A DNA stretch of 64,000 nt from assembly GCA_965222375.1 (NCBI GenBank), contig CBDCTZ010000015.1, forward strand, positions 1,571,170 through 1,635,169. The letters are read 5' to 3'. This DNA is from Polyangiaceae bacterium (GTDB lineage: Bacteria > Myxococcota_A > Polyangia > Polyangiales > Polyangiaceae). Positions 10,102-20,354 of the stretch are shown piece by piece. Position numbers and translations under genes: made by a program. Numbering within the stretch: the stretch's first letter is position 1; each line of letters starts with the position of its first letter. The notes beneath the pieces are model-generated. The model was not told where the DNA came from. It did not search any database and saw nothing but the letters and a program-made list of their open reading frames with translations.

Positions 10102-10692
10102 GCTTACGTGCTTAACACGCACCTTTTTGTCCTCCGAGCTGACACGCTGCGTGACGATCGCGACCCCGATCGCCACGCGCCCTGTCTCGCGCGTGAAACC
10201 GCACAGGCGAGTCACACACGCGCGGCACGCGCGCACAAATCGCCAAGCTGGCGTTTCGCCCGCGCGTGCGTGTGGAAACCTGTCAACAAGATTCGTAAGA
10301 AAAAACTTGTGGGTCTAGCCGCGGAACCAGTGATGCGAACCGGTGGCTCAACCTGAGCGCAAAACGATACCCGAGCCCCATGCGCCGCGCGCGCTCCGCG
10401 CTCTCGCATCGCGATTCGACCCTCACTGGCACTCCGCGCTCTCGCCTGCTTCCCAACCTCCGCCGGCGCTGAGGGCGAATTGCACTGTCGATGTACTCGC
10501 TCAAATACCTTGCTCTGCGTCGAACGCCCTGACACCCGCGGCGCCGGCGCCCCGGCGGACGTGCGGTTGTGGCGGGCCCCCTAAGGCCCGCCCGCGCCGC
10601 AGCCCTCACCAGTCGAGACGACGCCACCCGCCGGCGCGTTCTTCCGCAACTCAGCCTCCCGCTCGCCCGACAAGTTGTCCCACCCGGGGTGG

Positions 10693-12165
10693 CTCATGAT
10701 CATACACATCTCGTTGCCAAGATCTGGCAGGTGTGATCTACCGTGGGAATGGGAACAACCGAGTGGATGAGGCAGCCGATATCTGTGGAGTTTTGCGGGG
10801 CAAAGCTGGGGGATCGGCGTCGTTCGAAGCGGCTTTTGTGGTTGGCGGAAACCGTGATGGCGGCACCGGACGCCGGGTTTCCGAGAGCCACCAGCACAGC
10901 ATCTGAGTTGGAGGGTGTGTATCGATTCCTGCGCAACGAGCAGGTGAAGCCCAAGCAGGTGTTGGCGCCGCACATTCGTGCGACGGTGGAGCGGGTAAAG
11001 GCGGCGGGTCCGTGCCTGGTAGTGCATGACACCACTGAGGTGACCGTAGGAGGCAAGAGCAAACGGGCCGGGTTGGGGCCGACATCGAGCAAGGCGCAGG
11101 GGTTCTTCGCTCACACTGCCCTGGCGGTACTGCCCGGCGAATCGCGTGTTCCCCTTGGCGTGCTCGACCTGCGCCACTGGGCCAGAACCGAGCACAAGGG
11201 CGGGCGGGGACGTCACTCACGGGACAAGCGCGAGGACTCGGAGAGGGAGTCTTTGCGCTGGCCCGCGATGCTCGAGACAGTCCATGTCCGCTGTGCAGGC
11301 GCCGAGGTCGTGCACGTGATGGACCGTGAAGCGGACATCTACGAAGTGATTGCGAAGGCGCAAGAACTCGGTGCTCGATTCGTGATCCGGTCCTCACAGG
11401 ACCGAGCCACGGATGACGACGACGACATCGTCCGTCTGCGAGCCGCGGTGGAACAGCTCGAGCCCCGTGTTTTTCGGAAGATCTTCATCTCAAAGCGGCC
11501 GGAAACCTGCATGACTCGCTCCGCCAAGACGCATCCTCCACGCAATGCTCGAGAGGTAGAAGTCGCGATGGCGGCAAGAACGGTCACTGTCCTACGGCCT
11601 CAGGGATGCCGCACGGGTCCTGCCGCCATCGAGCTGAACGTGGTGCGCGTCTGGGAGCCGAGCCCAGCAGAGAACGAGCCCCCCGTCGAGTGGGTGCTTC
11701 TGACCACGGAAGCGATCGACACCGACGAGGACATCGAACGAGTGGTCGACACCTATCGCAGCCGATGGGTCATCGAGGAATTCTTCAAGACCCTCAAGCA
11801 GGGTTGCTCCCTCGAGAAACGGCAACTCGAGTCCTACCACGCGCTGAGCAACGCCCTGGCGGTGTTCCTTCCCGTCGCTTGGCGCTTGCTTCTGATGCGC
11901 TCGCTCGTGCGCGAAGCGCCAGAACTCCCGGCGCGAGCAGTCCTGACCCCGATACAGCTGCAGCTACTGCAACTGAAACTGAAGCTGCCCTCACTCCCAC
12001 AGACAGTGCAAGAAGCGCTCTACGCAGTCGCCCGGGTGGGTGGCCACCTCAGAAACAACGGACTGCCGGGTTGGCAGACTCTCGGTCGCGGATACTTCAA
12101 ACTCCTCGACTACGAGATCGGCTTCCAGTTCGCACAAGCCCTGTTGAGATCTGATCAATCATGAG
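10693..12165 (+). mobile_element. IS4-family (IS50/Tn5-like) insertion sequence, 1473 bp
   Basis: Imperfect 20-bp terminal IRs (CTCATGATCATACACATCTC / CTCATGATTGATCAGATCTC, 15/20); 9-bp direct repeat CCGGGGTGG at 10684-10692 and 12166-12174. Confidence 0.93.
10743..12164 (+). CDS. IS4-family DDE transposase (Tn5-like)
   Basis: LGDRRRSKRL, VHDTT, MDREAD, YRSRWVIEEFFKTLK (YREK) and RVGGHL..PGWQTLGRG motifs. Confidence 0.96.
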   Translation: MGMGTTEWMRQPISVEFCGAKLGDRRRSKRLLWLAETVMAAPDAGFPRATSTASELEGVYRFLRNEQVKPKQVLAPHIRATVERVKAAGPCLVVHDTTEVTVGGKSKRAGLGPTSSKAQGFFAHTALAVLPGESRVPLGVLDLRHWARTEHKGGRGRHSRDKREDSERESLRWPAMLETVHVRCAGAEVVHVMDREADIYEVIAKAQELGARFVIRSSQDRATDDDDDIVRLRAAVEQLEPRVFRKIFISKRPETCMTRSAKTHPPRNAREVEVAMAARTVTVLRPQGCRTGPAAIELNVVRVWEPSPAENEPPVEWVLLTTEAIDTDEDIERVVDTYRSRWVIEEFFKTLKQGCSLEKRQLESYHALSNALAVFLPVAWRLLLMRSLVREAPELPARAVLTPIQLQLLQLKLKLPSLPQTVQEALYAVARVGGHLRNNGLPGWQTLGRGYFKLLDYEIGFQFAQALLRSDQS

Positions 12166-12598
12166 CCGGGGTGGGACAACGTACAGATTTTGCGCAACCG
12201 ACTGACTCAGTGGGCCGACCAACTTGCCCCCCCACCCTGGGACGTTTGTGCCTCCCGTTTGTGGCAGTCCCGCAGCTCTCACTACCAGCCTCCCGCCGCG
12301 GAGCGGAGCGGCGTGTTTGCGGCCGGCGATCCCGGTCTTCTACCTCCGACAGCGCACCCGCGAAGCCCGACGACCTGCGGAAGGGAGTTCCAACCGATTG
12401 CTGAGCGGGTGACGCCCCACCGCGCACCGCAATGAACTGTCGATGACGGCAACTTCCGGCACATACCCCCAAAAAACACAAAGGACCAAGTCGGGTCCGC
12501 CGGCGGCGCAACTCTCTAGAAGAAGCCCACGGTCACATGAGTCCGCGGGCGCATATGGCCTGTTGGGCAACCGCGCTGCTGAGTTGCGGAGATTCTCG

Positions 12599-13717
12599 TC
12601 AGAACATCGCGCCGGCTTCGAGCACGATCGTCCATTGGCGGTCTTCGCCTTTGAGATCTTCGCTGTCCGCGTCGGAATTCTGCGCGTCGGCGGGGTCGAC
12701 GATGTCGGTGATGAATTGCCCGCCGAGCATGACCATCTCGTAGTTGTAGTTCACGCCGATGAGCAGGCGCTGGCGCTCGAGGCGGACCTTGTTGAAGACG
12801 ACGTTGTTGTTGAAATCGAGGGGCGAACCGCCGGCACACACCGGCTGGCCGTCGAACTGGCCTGCGGGCTTGTTGGGGTCTTGATTGCCCGGAACATTGG
12901 GGCCCGCAAAGTTGCAGTAGCCGACGGCATCGGTGCCTGGAGTCAGGTCGATGAGGCCGGAATCGCCGAACATCCACACATACTGATAGCCGATCCAGGG
13001 AGTAATCACGCTGGAATCGGCGACCGGGAGCGGCTTGGAGATCTGCGCATCCAAGGCGACCGTCGTGAGCTGGAACTGTGGAGTGCCGGTGATGGTGCGT
13101 ACGCCGCCACCCACCGCAACGTCTGGAAGAATGCCAGCAAGCCCGGTTCGAAAACCTTCGAGCAGAGACAGACGCACATCGGCGCCACCGGAGACGATGC
13201 TAGTCTGGGGCATGAAGCCCACTGCACCCGTGAGCTCGAGGCCGAAACCGAAGCTCTTGCGGATCTTGGCGGAGTAGAGCGCCAACAGCGAGGAGGGGCT
13301 TGTGTTTCGAACCGAGGCCAGGTTGCTCGAGGGGTCGATGCTGCCCTGCGTACCGTTCTTCCAGTACTCGGCGCCGTCATCGATCTTGGTGAACGCCGCC
13401 TCGAGGGACAAATGAAAGCCACCAAAGCCCGTGGTCCGAGCCGAATGCATCGCCGTGGGCGCAAGCGCGAAACCATACTGGTTGATCAGGCGCTTGAATG
13501 CGGCATGGTCTGGAGAGCACCACGCGCGCCCCGTATCGGCTTCGAGTGCAGCCAGGGTTGCGGGGTCATCCGCGTACGCGCCCGTGGGCGTACGGCAACG
13601 GCCATCCACCACCAACCGTTCGAGGGCTGGATCCATGGGCTCGGCGCGCGCCGTAAGGGTCGCCGCGAACACCAATGTGCCAGCAGCGAATGCTGCAAAA
13701 TGGGTCAAAAATCCCAC
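12599..13717 (-). CDS. Probable outer-membrane beta-barrel protein
   Basis: GGAG RBS and GTG start, signal peptide ending ARA, amphipathic strands, C-terminal Phe. Confidence 0.7.
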   Translation of the reverse strand: MGFLTHFAAFAAGTLVFAATLTARAEPMDPALERLVVDGRCRTPTGAYADDPATLAALEADTGRAWCSPDHAAFKRLINQYGFALAPTAMHSARTTGFGGFHLSLEAAFTKIDDGAEYWKNGTQGSIDPSSNLASVRNTSPSSLLALYSAKIRKSFGFGLELTGAVGFMPQTSIVSGGADVRLSLLEGFRTGLAGILPDVAVGGGVRTITGTPQFQLTTVALDAQISKPLPVADSSVITPWIGYQYVWMFGDSGLIDLTPGTDAVGYCNFAGPNVPGNQDPNKPAGQFDGQPVCAGGSPLDFNNNVVFNKVRLERQRLLIGVNYNYEMVMLGGQFITDIVDPADAQNSDADSEDLKGEDRQWTIVLEAGAMF

Positions 13718-13880
13718 GTATCCAACTCCGCTGGGCGAGGCTACTTGGCGGCCGGGAATTACGTCAAGCACACGAGTAAGAACATGAAAATCCCGGCTAA
13801 GAGTGCCCCTGTTCCGGACCCCCGGCCGGAGGCTCCGGGCGAAAACTGCGCGGATCGGGAGCCCGCAGTAGGCTCAAACC

Positions 13881-14420
13881 ATGCCGCCAGACCCCCCGAG
13901 ATTGCAGGCCAAGGGCGCTGATCAGCCCTTTCACGTCGTGCTCGTCGAGCCCGAAATCCCACCGAACACGGGCAACATCGCACGGCTGTGTGGCGCGACG
14001 CGATGCCCCTTGCATCTGGTTGGCACTCTGGGGTTTCGCATCGACGAACACGCAGTCCGTCGCGCCGGACTCGACTACTGGCACTTGGTCGACGTTCGGA
14101 CTCATTCGGACCTGCCCGCTGCCGAAGCGGACATCGCGAACTCTGCAGGGGAGCGTCCTCCGCAAAGCTGGCTCTTCAGCGGCAAAGCGCAGCGCAGCTA
14201 TTTGGACGCCGACTTTCGACTGGGCGACGCTCTGGTTTTCGGCAAGGAGAGCGTGGGGCTGTCAGGGCAGCTGCTCCAAGAGCGCGCGGCGTTCGTGGTT
14301 GGGATCCCAATGCCCGGCGCGGTGCGCTCGCTCAATCTCTCCAACGCTGTCGCCATCGGACTCTACGAAGCGTTGCGCCAGACCGAGCTGCTTCGCGTCA
14401 CCAAGACTCGAACTACTTGA
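13881..14420 (+). CDS. trmL: tRNA (cytidine(34)-2'-O)-methyltransferase (SPOUT)
   Basis: VLVEPEIPPNTGNIAR, RRAGLDYW, FGKES and RSLNLSN motifs. Confidence 0.95.
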   Translation: MPPDPPRLQAKGADQPFHVVLVEPEIPPNTGNIARLCGATRCPLHLVGTLGFRIDEHAVRRAGLDYWHLVDVRTHSDLPAAEADIANSAGERPPQSWLFSGKAQRSYLDADFRLGDALVFGKESVGLSGQLLQERAAFVVGIPMPGAVRSLNLSNAVAIGLYEALRQTELLRVTKTRTT

Positions 14421-14435
14421 CCCCCGGCCAAGGGG

Positions 14436-16106
14436 TCAACGAATGTGAACGCGGGGGCTGGCTCCCGTGAAGTCCGCGTGCACCGTCCTCGTCTGCCCCG
14501 GCGCAAGCTTGACCTGTGCCGGCACGCGCTCGTCCAACACGGTGCTCTTGAATTGGACGAAGTGGCTGCCCGCTGGCAGTTCCATACCCATGACGGGAGT
14601 CGTCTGGGAGCGCCCCGCGACCGTGACCGTTGCTGGCGGAGTCGAGGTCAGGTTCAGGTAGGCCCGCCCAACGGGCGCAGCGCTGCCACTTGGCGCAACG
14701 GGTAGGCCAGGGTTGGGAGTTGGGGGCCTTTTTGTGGGTTTGGGGGCTGGGGCGCTGACTGGCGCCTTGGGCACGGAGGCGGGGGCCTTTGGGACGTTGA
14801 CCTTTTCGCTAGTCACGGCGGCGGCGTCAGGGGCCGCCGTTGCCGGAATCGTGGTCTGGGTTGCGGGACCCCGAAGAGCGATCACCCCGACCACTGCCGC
14901 GCCAATGGCACCCATCACGGCGAACCGGCCGAGGTTGCTAAATCGCTGCGGACTCGGTCCGCGCTGACTGGATGTCGTCGGCGAGGTCACGTCTGTATCC
15001 GAAGCACGCTCCGCGTCGTCAGCGCGTTCCGCGTCGTCGACGCCCTCCGCGTCGTCCTCCTTCGGCGGCGGAATACTCGGAAGCTTGCGCGTCCACTCGA
15101 CCATTTCGTCGCGGGCAGCGAAGGTGCGAGTCACTTCAACGCCCATGTCTGCGGTTGGGGTCTGCTCCTGTGCTGTCGCGATCTGGCTCGATGTGATGGC
15201 CTCGTCGATGGAGGGCTGCGAGACGCGCTGCTGCCGACGCACGCTTCGCACGCGGGCACCTAGGCGCCGAGATAGATCTCCAAGATCACTGGTTTTTACG
15301 AAGTCTCGCAACGGGCGCGCCAGAGCCTCGGCACTCTCTGGGCGTTCTTCCGCCTCGAGGGATAACGCGCCTGCGATCAATTCCGCCACGGGCTCGAGCT
15401 CTTCGTCGTGTTCTGCGAGGAAAGGAACGGGCTTGTCCAAAGCCTCCAAACAGGCCTCTGGGGTCGCACGACGGAAGGGCGGCTTGTCGGTCCAAGCCTC
15501 GACGAGCAAGACGGCGACAGCGAAAACGTCGCTGGCGGGCGTGAGCGTGCCTCCGTGCACTTGTTCCGGGGGCATGTGTCCCGGTGAACCGAACAACTCC
15601 GGTTGCACCGCTCCGTCGATGGTCACCGGCGCCGCGATACCGAAGTCGATCAGGCGCACGGCGCCCTCTTCGTCGATCATCACGTTTCGAGGCGTGACAT
15701 CCCGATGCACGATCTCCGCCTTGCGGTGAGCGTAGTCCAGAGCGCGGCATATCTCGACGCCGACGTAGGCCCCTTCATCCGGGCTGAGTTTGCCGGTTGC
15801 GCGCAGCAGCTCCGAAAGGGTCACGCCTTCGCAGAGCTCCATGGCGATGTAGTAGATGCCTTGCTCGACACCGAGCTCGTAGACAGGCACGATGTTTGGG
15901 TGCCCCAGCTCGACGGCCGTCTTCGCTTCCTCGATGAATCGCCGAACGAACGCGTCGTCCGAGGCCAGCTCGGGGCGGATCTGTTTCACGACCAGTCGCT
16001 TTTCGAAGCCGACGGCGCCACGTAGAGTAGCCAGGTAGACCCGCGCCATGCCCCCGCCCGCCATCTCGCGCTCGAGCACGTACTTGCCGAAAATCTGGGG
16101 GAACAT
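14436..16106 (-). CDS. Hanks-type Ser/Thr protein kinase, membrane-anchored, PEGA-like C-terminus
   Basis: GGGMARVY, VVKQIR, HRDVTPRN, IDFG and MPPE motifs; single TM; start at MFPQIFGKY. Confidence 0.93.
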   Translation of the reverse strand: MFPQIFGKYVLEREMAGGGMARVYLATLRGAVGFEKRLVVKQIRPELASDDAFVRRFIEEAKTAVELGHPNIVPVYELGVEQGIYYIAMELCEGVTLSELLRATGKLSPDEGAYVGVEICRALDYAHRKAEIVHRDVTPRNVMIDEEGAVRLIDFGIAAPVTIDGAVQPELFGSPGHMPPEQVHGGTLTPASDVFAVAVLLVEAWTDKPPFRRATPEACLEALDKPVPFLAEHDEELEPVAELIAGALSLEAEERPESAEALARPLRDFVKTSDLGDLSRRLGARVRSVRRQQRVSQPSIDEAITSSQIATAQEQTPTADMGVEVTRTFAARDEMVEWTRKLPSIPPPKEDDAEGVDDAERADDAERASDTDVTSPTTSSQRGPSPQRFSNLGRFAVMGAIGAAVVGVIALRGPATQTTIPATAAPDAAAVTSEKVNVPKAPASVPKAPVSAPAPKPTKRPPTPNPGLPVAPSGSAAPVGRAYLNLTSTPPATVTVAGRSQTTPVMGMELPAGSHFVQFKSTVLDERVPAQVKLAPGQTRTVHADFTGASPRVHIR

Positions 16107-17958
16107 GCGCTCTTGGCATGTTAGCGTCCCTCTGAGTCTGTTGCTCGTTTGTGGCTGCACCCCCGAGCCCGAACCCGACGAAGTACGGCCAATTGTCGCC
16201 CATCTTGCTCCTGGCTGCGCCGAAAGTGCCGAGTCTCTGACGGTCCAGCTCAACGCCCTTGGGGACTTCGACGCATCCAACCTGACGAGCGAAGCCCTCC
16301 CGGGCTCATCCCGAGGCGTCGAGATTTCCTTCCCCGAGGCGACGCGTGCCGTCGAGGCCGTCGCGGAGGGCTCTCGGGGGCGCTTTTTGGGCCTCGCCCA
16401 CGCGGACGCGACGGGTCGTTTCGACGTGCTGCTTTGGGGCGACACGGAAGAGTGCCGATTGTGGGATCCGAACTCAGCTCCGGCGGCTCCCTATCCGGGG
16501 GCCACGGGAGGAGAAGCTTTCGGCAAAAGCGAAGACGGTCGCTACGCGTTGGTAGCGGGTGGGCTGACGGAGGCCACCGGCGAAGCCAGCCGCGCGTTGC
16601 TCATGAGGCTGGACACGGGCAAGATCGAAGAGGTCCAGGACGGCATGTTGCCGGGCCGTGCTTTTGCGACCGTCACACAGTTCGGCGATGACGCTCTACT
16701 GGTCGCGGGCGGCTCAGACCCCGGCCTGAGTGGCGGAGATCTAGGTCGATCGCCTCCCATCGGTACCGCGATCGTGCTCTCGCTCGCGAAGCGGCGCTTC
16801 GAGCGCGACGCTTTGATCCCCCTGTCAGCGCCACGCACGCGACACGGTGGCGTCGTTCTGTCGGACGGGAACACGCTCCTGGTCGGAGGCATCGGGTCCA
16901 CAGGCGTTCCGCTCAACAGCCTGGAAATCGTCTCGCCTGCCGATCGCACCGTGCGCATCGGCAACCTTGCCAGCCTGAAGCGTTGGCGAGCATCGCCATT
17001 CGTCACGAAGCTCACAGACCAGCGGGTTTTCGTCGCGGGTGGTAAGGACTTCACCGGAGACACGGAAGCGTCCATCGAGTGGATATCTGCGGACGCCGCC
17101 AACCACGTCGGATTGCGCGAGGATCTCGCATTTGCTCCGCGCCAAGCCTTCGCGCCGCTCCCGGGTGGCGCGGTGCTAGCGGTGGGTGTCTGCGTGCCCA
17201 GCCAGGCGAACTGCTCGCAGCCGGAAGGGGCTGTCACGTTTCTGCGCGCGGACGGTTCCGCCGACGCATTGACCCCGCTGACCGGCAGCACCGAAAACCC
17301 GGTACTGCTCCCAGCGTCGGATGGCGCTCCTTGGCTTGCCGCAGGCAGCGGCGACCCACGCGTGATGAAGCGCTACGATCCTTGGAGTGGGATGTTCGTT
17401 CAGCCAGCCGATCGCCCCACTCGAGTCCCGGACGGTGACCTGCCCGCGCTCGCCTTCGATGCGGGTAGTTTCGGTTTCCTCGCCAAGTCGGGCAATCATG
17501 CTGAAATCCTTGGCTTTCGCCACGGCACTCGCAGCATCTACGCTCAGGCCGCCGCGCCCCTCTTGGTGGGCAGTGCAGATCATCTGGTGCCAGACCGCGC
17601 GCCGGGCGGAGAAGTGCGCTTCGATGCCATGGGTTTGCATTTGGAAGGTGGAAGCGCGACTGCTCACCTGGCCGACGCCGAGTTCACGGATGTTCAGATC
17701 GATCTCGAACTCACCTCCGGCGAGCCTCCGATCTTGGTGTTGGGAGATGTGAGAGTCGGCACGCCGGCGTGTCCGTGGCCCGAAGGTGAGGTTGCGATTC
17801 AACTTCGCGTGACGCGCTCAAAGAGTAGTCTAACGGTCCGACGCGGCGACTCAGAAACCAAGTGCGAGGGACCCAAGGGCCGCGTGCCCGCGGCTCTGCG
17901 AGCTTCGGGTGGCGCTAGCGTGATCCGGAGTTTGGCCCTCCATCGCACACTGCCCTGA
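16105..17958 (+). CDS. Kelch-like beta-propeller lipoprotein
   Basis: Lipobox VCGC after MRSWHVSVPLSLLL; repeated LVAGG/LLVGG/FVAGG kelch motifs. Confidence 0.8.
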   Translation: MRSWHVSVPLSLLLVCGCTPEPEPDEVRPIVAHLAPGCAESAESLTVQLNALGDFDASNLTSEALPGSSRGVEISFPEATRAVEAVAEGSRGRFLGLAHADATGRFDVLLWGDTEECRLWDPNSAPAAPYPGATGGEAFGKSEDGRYALVAGGLTEATGEASRALLMRLDTGKIEEVQDGMLPGRAFATVTQFGDDALLVAGGSDPGLSGGDLGRSPPIGTAIVLSLAKRRFERDALIPLSAPRTRHGGVVLSDGNTLLVGGIGSTGVPLNSLEIVSPADRTVRIGNLASLKRWRASPFVTKLTDQRVFVAGGKDFTGDTEASIEWISADAANHVGLREDLAFAPRQAFAPLPGGAVLAVGVCVPSQANCSQPEGAVTFLRADGSADALTPLTGSTENPVLLPASDGAPWLAAGSGDPRVMKRYDPWSGMFVQPADRPTRVPDGDLPALAFDAGSFGFLAKSGNHAEILGFRHGTRSIYAQAAAPLLVGSADHLVPDRAPGGEVRFDAMGLHLEGGSATAHLADAEFTDVQIDLELTSGEPPILVLGDVRVGTPACPWPEGEVAIQLRVTRSKSSLTVRRGDSETKCEGPKGRVPAALRASGGASVIRSLALHRTLP

Positions 17959-17965
17959 TCGGCGT

Positions 17966-20191
17966 TCAGCGCTTGAACAACTTGCCGAACAAGCCACCTG
18001 GGCGCTTGGTGTCACCCTTCTTGCCACGGGTGCTGCCGGGCGCCAGGGACGGTGCCTTCGATCCCCGGCGCATTCGGTACAGCCGTAGTTCCCGCACCGC
18101 GTCCAGGTTGTTGGGATTCTGCTCGGCCACCCAGCGGAAATCCCGAATCGCAACGTCCATTCGGTTCATCCGCTTGTAGATCCGGGCCCGCGCAAAGCGC
18201 GCGCGTTCGTTTTGGGGCTCGCGTCGGATTGCACCATCCAGAAGAGCAATCAAGTCGTCCATCCGACCGTCGCCTCTCCGCTCGGACGCTATGGTTGCGT
18301 ACAAGGCGACGTAGTCGGCTTGTTCCGGATCGTCCTCCATGGCGCGGCGCGCGCAAAGCTCCGCGGACTCGAGACTGCGCTTCTTGTGGAGGACTTCAGC
18401 CTTTTGGTACTCGGTGACCGCGCGCATCACTCTTTGAACCGCCTCTTGGTCCTCCGCGGAGCCCCCACCGGATTTCACGACTTCGTCGTACTGCTGGCGA
18501 CGATCTGGATCGGCCAGCGTTTGGTGCGACTCGCTCATGCGCGAGAACACGCTCACGGCCAAGTCCTTCACTTCGGCGAACTCTGGGCCAAGACGGTCCG
18601 GATGCCACTTCTTCGCAAGCGCGAAGAAGGCGGCGCTGATGTCCGCGGCCGCCGCGTGCTGTTCCACCCCGAGGATTTGGTAGTAGTTCTTGGAGCTGAT
18701 GCTGTCCGCCACGGCGCGGATTTCTTCGATGAACGCGGCATCCTCCGGCGACGCCGGCGGGGGTGGCTGGGGCGGCGCGGTCACCGCTGGGGGCGCAGAC
18801 GCGAGTGGACGGGCAGCCGTGGATGGACGTTTGGCGATGGCTGGCGGCGCAGCCGTGGATGCACGCACGGCCGCCGGCTGTTGCGGCATGGGCGCGGGTG
18901 CCGAGGGCAGGGCCCTGGCCGGCGTCGAAGGCTGGGGCTTGGGAGCCGCGCTCGGAGACGACACAGGCTTGACCACCACAACCGGCGGTGCACGACGAGG
19001 TGCGACGTCGGGAGTTTCTGAGCGTAGGGTACGCGATTGGGTCTCGACGCTCGGCGGCGATGAGTCCCCCGGGCGCGGCACTGACTCCGCGCCTGCCACC
19101 GGCGGCAACGGCTGCAGCGGGCGCGCTCCCTTGCGAGTCACGGCCGCGTCGGAAGCTGGGACCTCCGGAGCATGGCGAATCGCTGGGGCGAGCGGCTGCG
19201 ACACCTGCCGGACCGAGGAGGGTGGGTCGCTGAGCTTCGCGGGCTTCCGCGTGGAGGCGGGGATTGGGGATGGTTTGGAGCGGTGTAGGGGCGCCACGGC
19301 CGCGGCAGGCGCCGCCGAATTGGCCCCCACTCCCGCGGGCACGTTGAAAGACGGCGGGGTTGCGTCGTCATCCGTGGGCGCAGAGTTCGGGGGGCCATAG
19401 GTACTGGGCCGCGGGGAGGCATCGTCGGGTGCGGCGACGCCGGCGGGAGTGGCGTGAGCGCCCAGGTCCAGGCTGCGTGTCAACGCCAGGGCGTAGACCA
19501 GCCGCTTGATGGTGGGCTCATCTTCCACCTTCGAGGCGATCAGATCGTCGAGCTTCTGCGGCTTCGCGCGGATCAGATCCAGTACGCTCCATTCGCGACT
19601 GGAAAAGCAAAAGCGCGATAGCTGCGCAGCGGGGTGAAGGCGCAGCGGTTTCTTCGAAACTCGACGTACGGTTTGTTCGATGCGCCTCGTGTTTTCGTGC
19701 CCACGGATGCCTCGCCAGATGAGAGCGAGAGGCTCGACCACGATGACCTCCGGCCCGCCCCATTTCTCCAGGAAGTTCACTCCATCGTAAAAGCCATACA
19801 CACTGGGCGGGGGCAGTTCGAAAAGCGAAAGCACCTTCCGCACTGTCTGTTCCCGCAACGCGTCCAAGAGCATGATCTCATCGATGGCCTTGTCTTCGAT
19901 CAGGATCTGACCATGAAGACGCCGCTCTTTGGCACAGCGCGCCAAGGACGAATTCAGCGTCGCGTCATCAATGGATCCGAGTTCCAGCAAAAGCCGGCCC
20001 AAATGGATCACCGGGTCATGGGTTTTGGCCTTCGTCGGCGCGCCGTCCACGAGCTGCACCGCACTGCGCCCGCCTTCGGAAGACTCGAACACCATCGTGC
20101 CGGTCAACGCCTTGTCCAATGCGTACACGAGCAGGCTCGCCATGGGCGTGGCCTTTAACGTGCCACTTGCTGTCGGCTTCAACTTGGACAT
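17966..20191 (-). CDS. DUF4388-like / Pro-rich / DnaJ-domain / TPR protein
   Basis: NYYQILGV..KKWHPD J-domain; C-terminal TPR helices; N-terminal GTL..ALTGTM. Confidence 0.88.
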   Translation of the reverse strand: MSKLKPTASGTLKATPMASLLVYALDKALTGTMVFESSEGGRSAVQLVDGAPTKAKTHDPVIHLGRLLLELGSIDDATLNSSLARCAKERRLHGQILIEDKAIDEIMLLDALREQTVRKVLSLFELPPPSVYGFYDGVNFLEKWGGPEVIVVEPLALIWRGIRGHENTRRIEQTVRRVSKKPLRLHPAAQLSRFCFSSREWSVLDLIRAKPQKLDDLIASKVEDEPTIKRLVYALALTRSLDLGAHATPAGVAAPDDASPRPSTYGPPNSAPTDDDATPPSFNVPAGVGANSAAPAAAVAPLHRSKPSPIPASTRKPAKLSDPPSSVRQVSQPLAPAIRHAPEVPASDAAVTRKGARPLQPLPPVAGAESVPRPGDSSPPSVETQSRTLRSETPDVAPRRAPPVVVVKPVSSPSAAPKPQPSTPARALPSAPAPMPQQPAAVRASTAAPPAIAKRPSTAARPLASAPPAVTAPPQPPPPASPEDAAFIEEIRAVADSISSKNYYQILGVEQHAAAADISAAFFALAKKWHPDRLGPEFAEVKDLAVSVFSRMSESHQTLADPDRRQQYDEVVKSGGGSAEDQEAVQRVMRAVTEYQKAEVLHKKRSLESAELCARRAMEDDPEQADYVALYATIASERRGDGRMDDLIALLDGAIRREPQNERARFARARIYKRMNRMDVAIRDFRWVAEQNPNNLDAVRELRLYRMRRGSKAPSLAPGSTRGKKGDTKRPGGLFGKLFKR

Positions 20192-20354
20192 GGGGGGGAC
20201 CCGTTAGCCTAGTAGAACGTCTCGCACGCTGCTACCGCGCGGCAACCTCAGCGGGAAATTGCGGCGGGTTACTCGGATCGCCGCGGGCCGATCCAGGCTT
20301 CGCCCCTGGAAGCCGGGCGTGGCGCGGCCGAGGGGATCAGGTTAGCTTGCGGCC

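Noticed and set aside
12443..13921. Long antisense ORFs (also 23475-24479, 27073-28314, 54808-55986 and others)
   Set aside because: Shadow frames of real genes in high-GC DNA; no motifs
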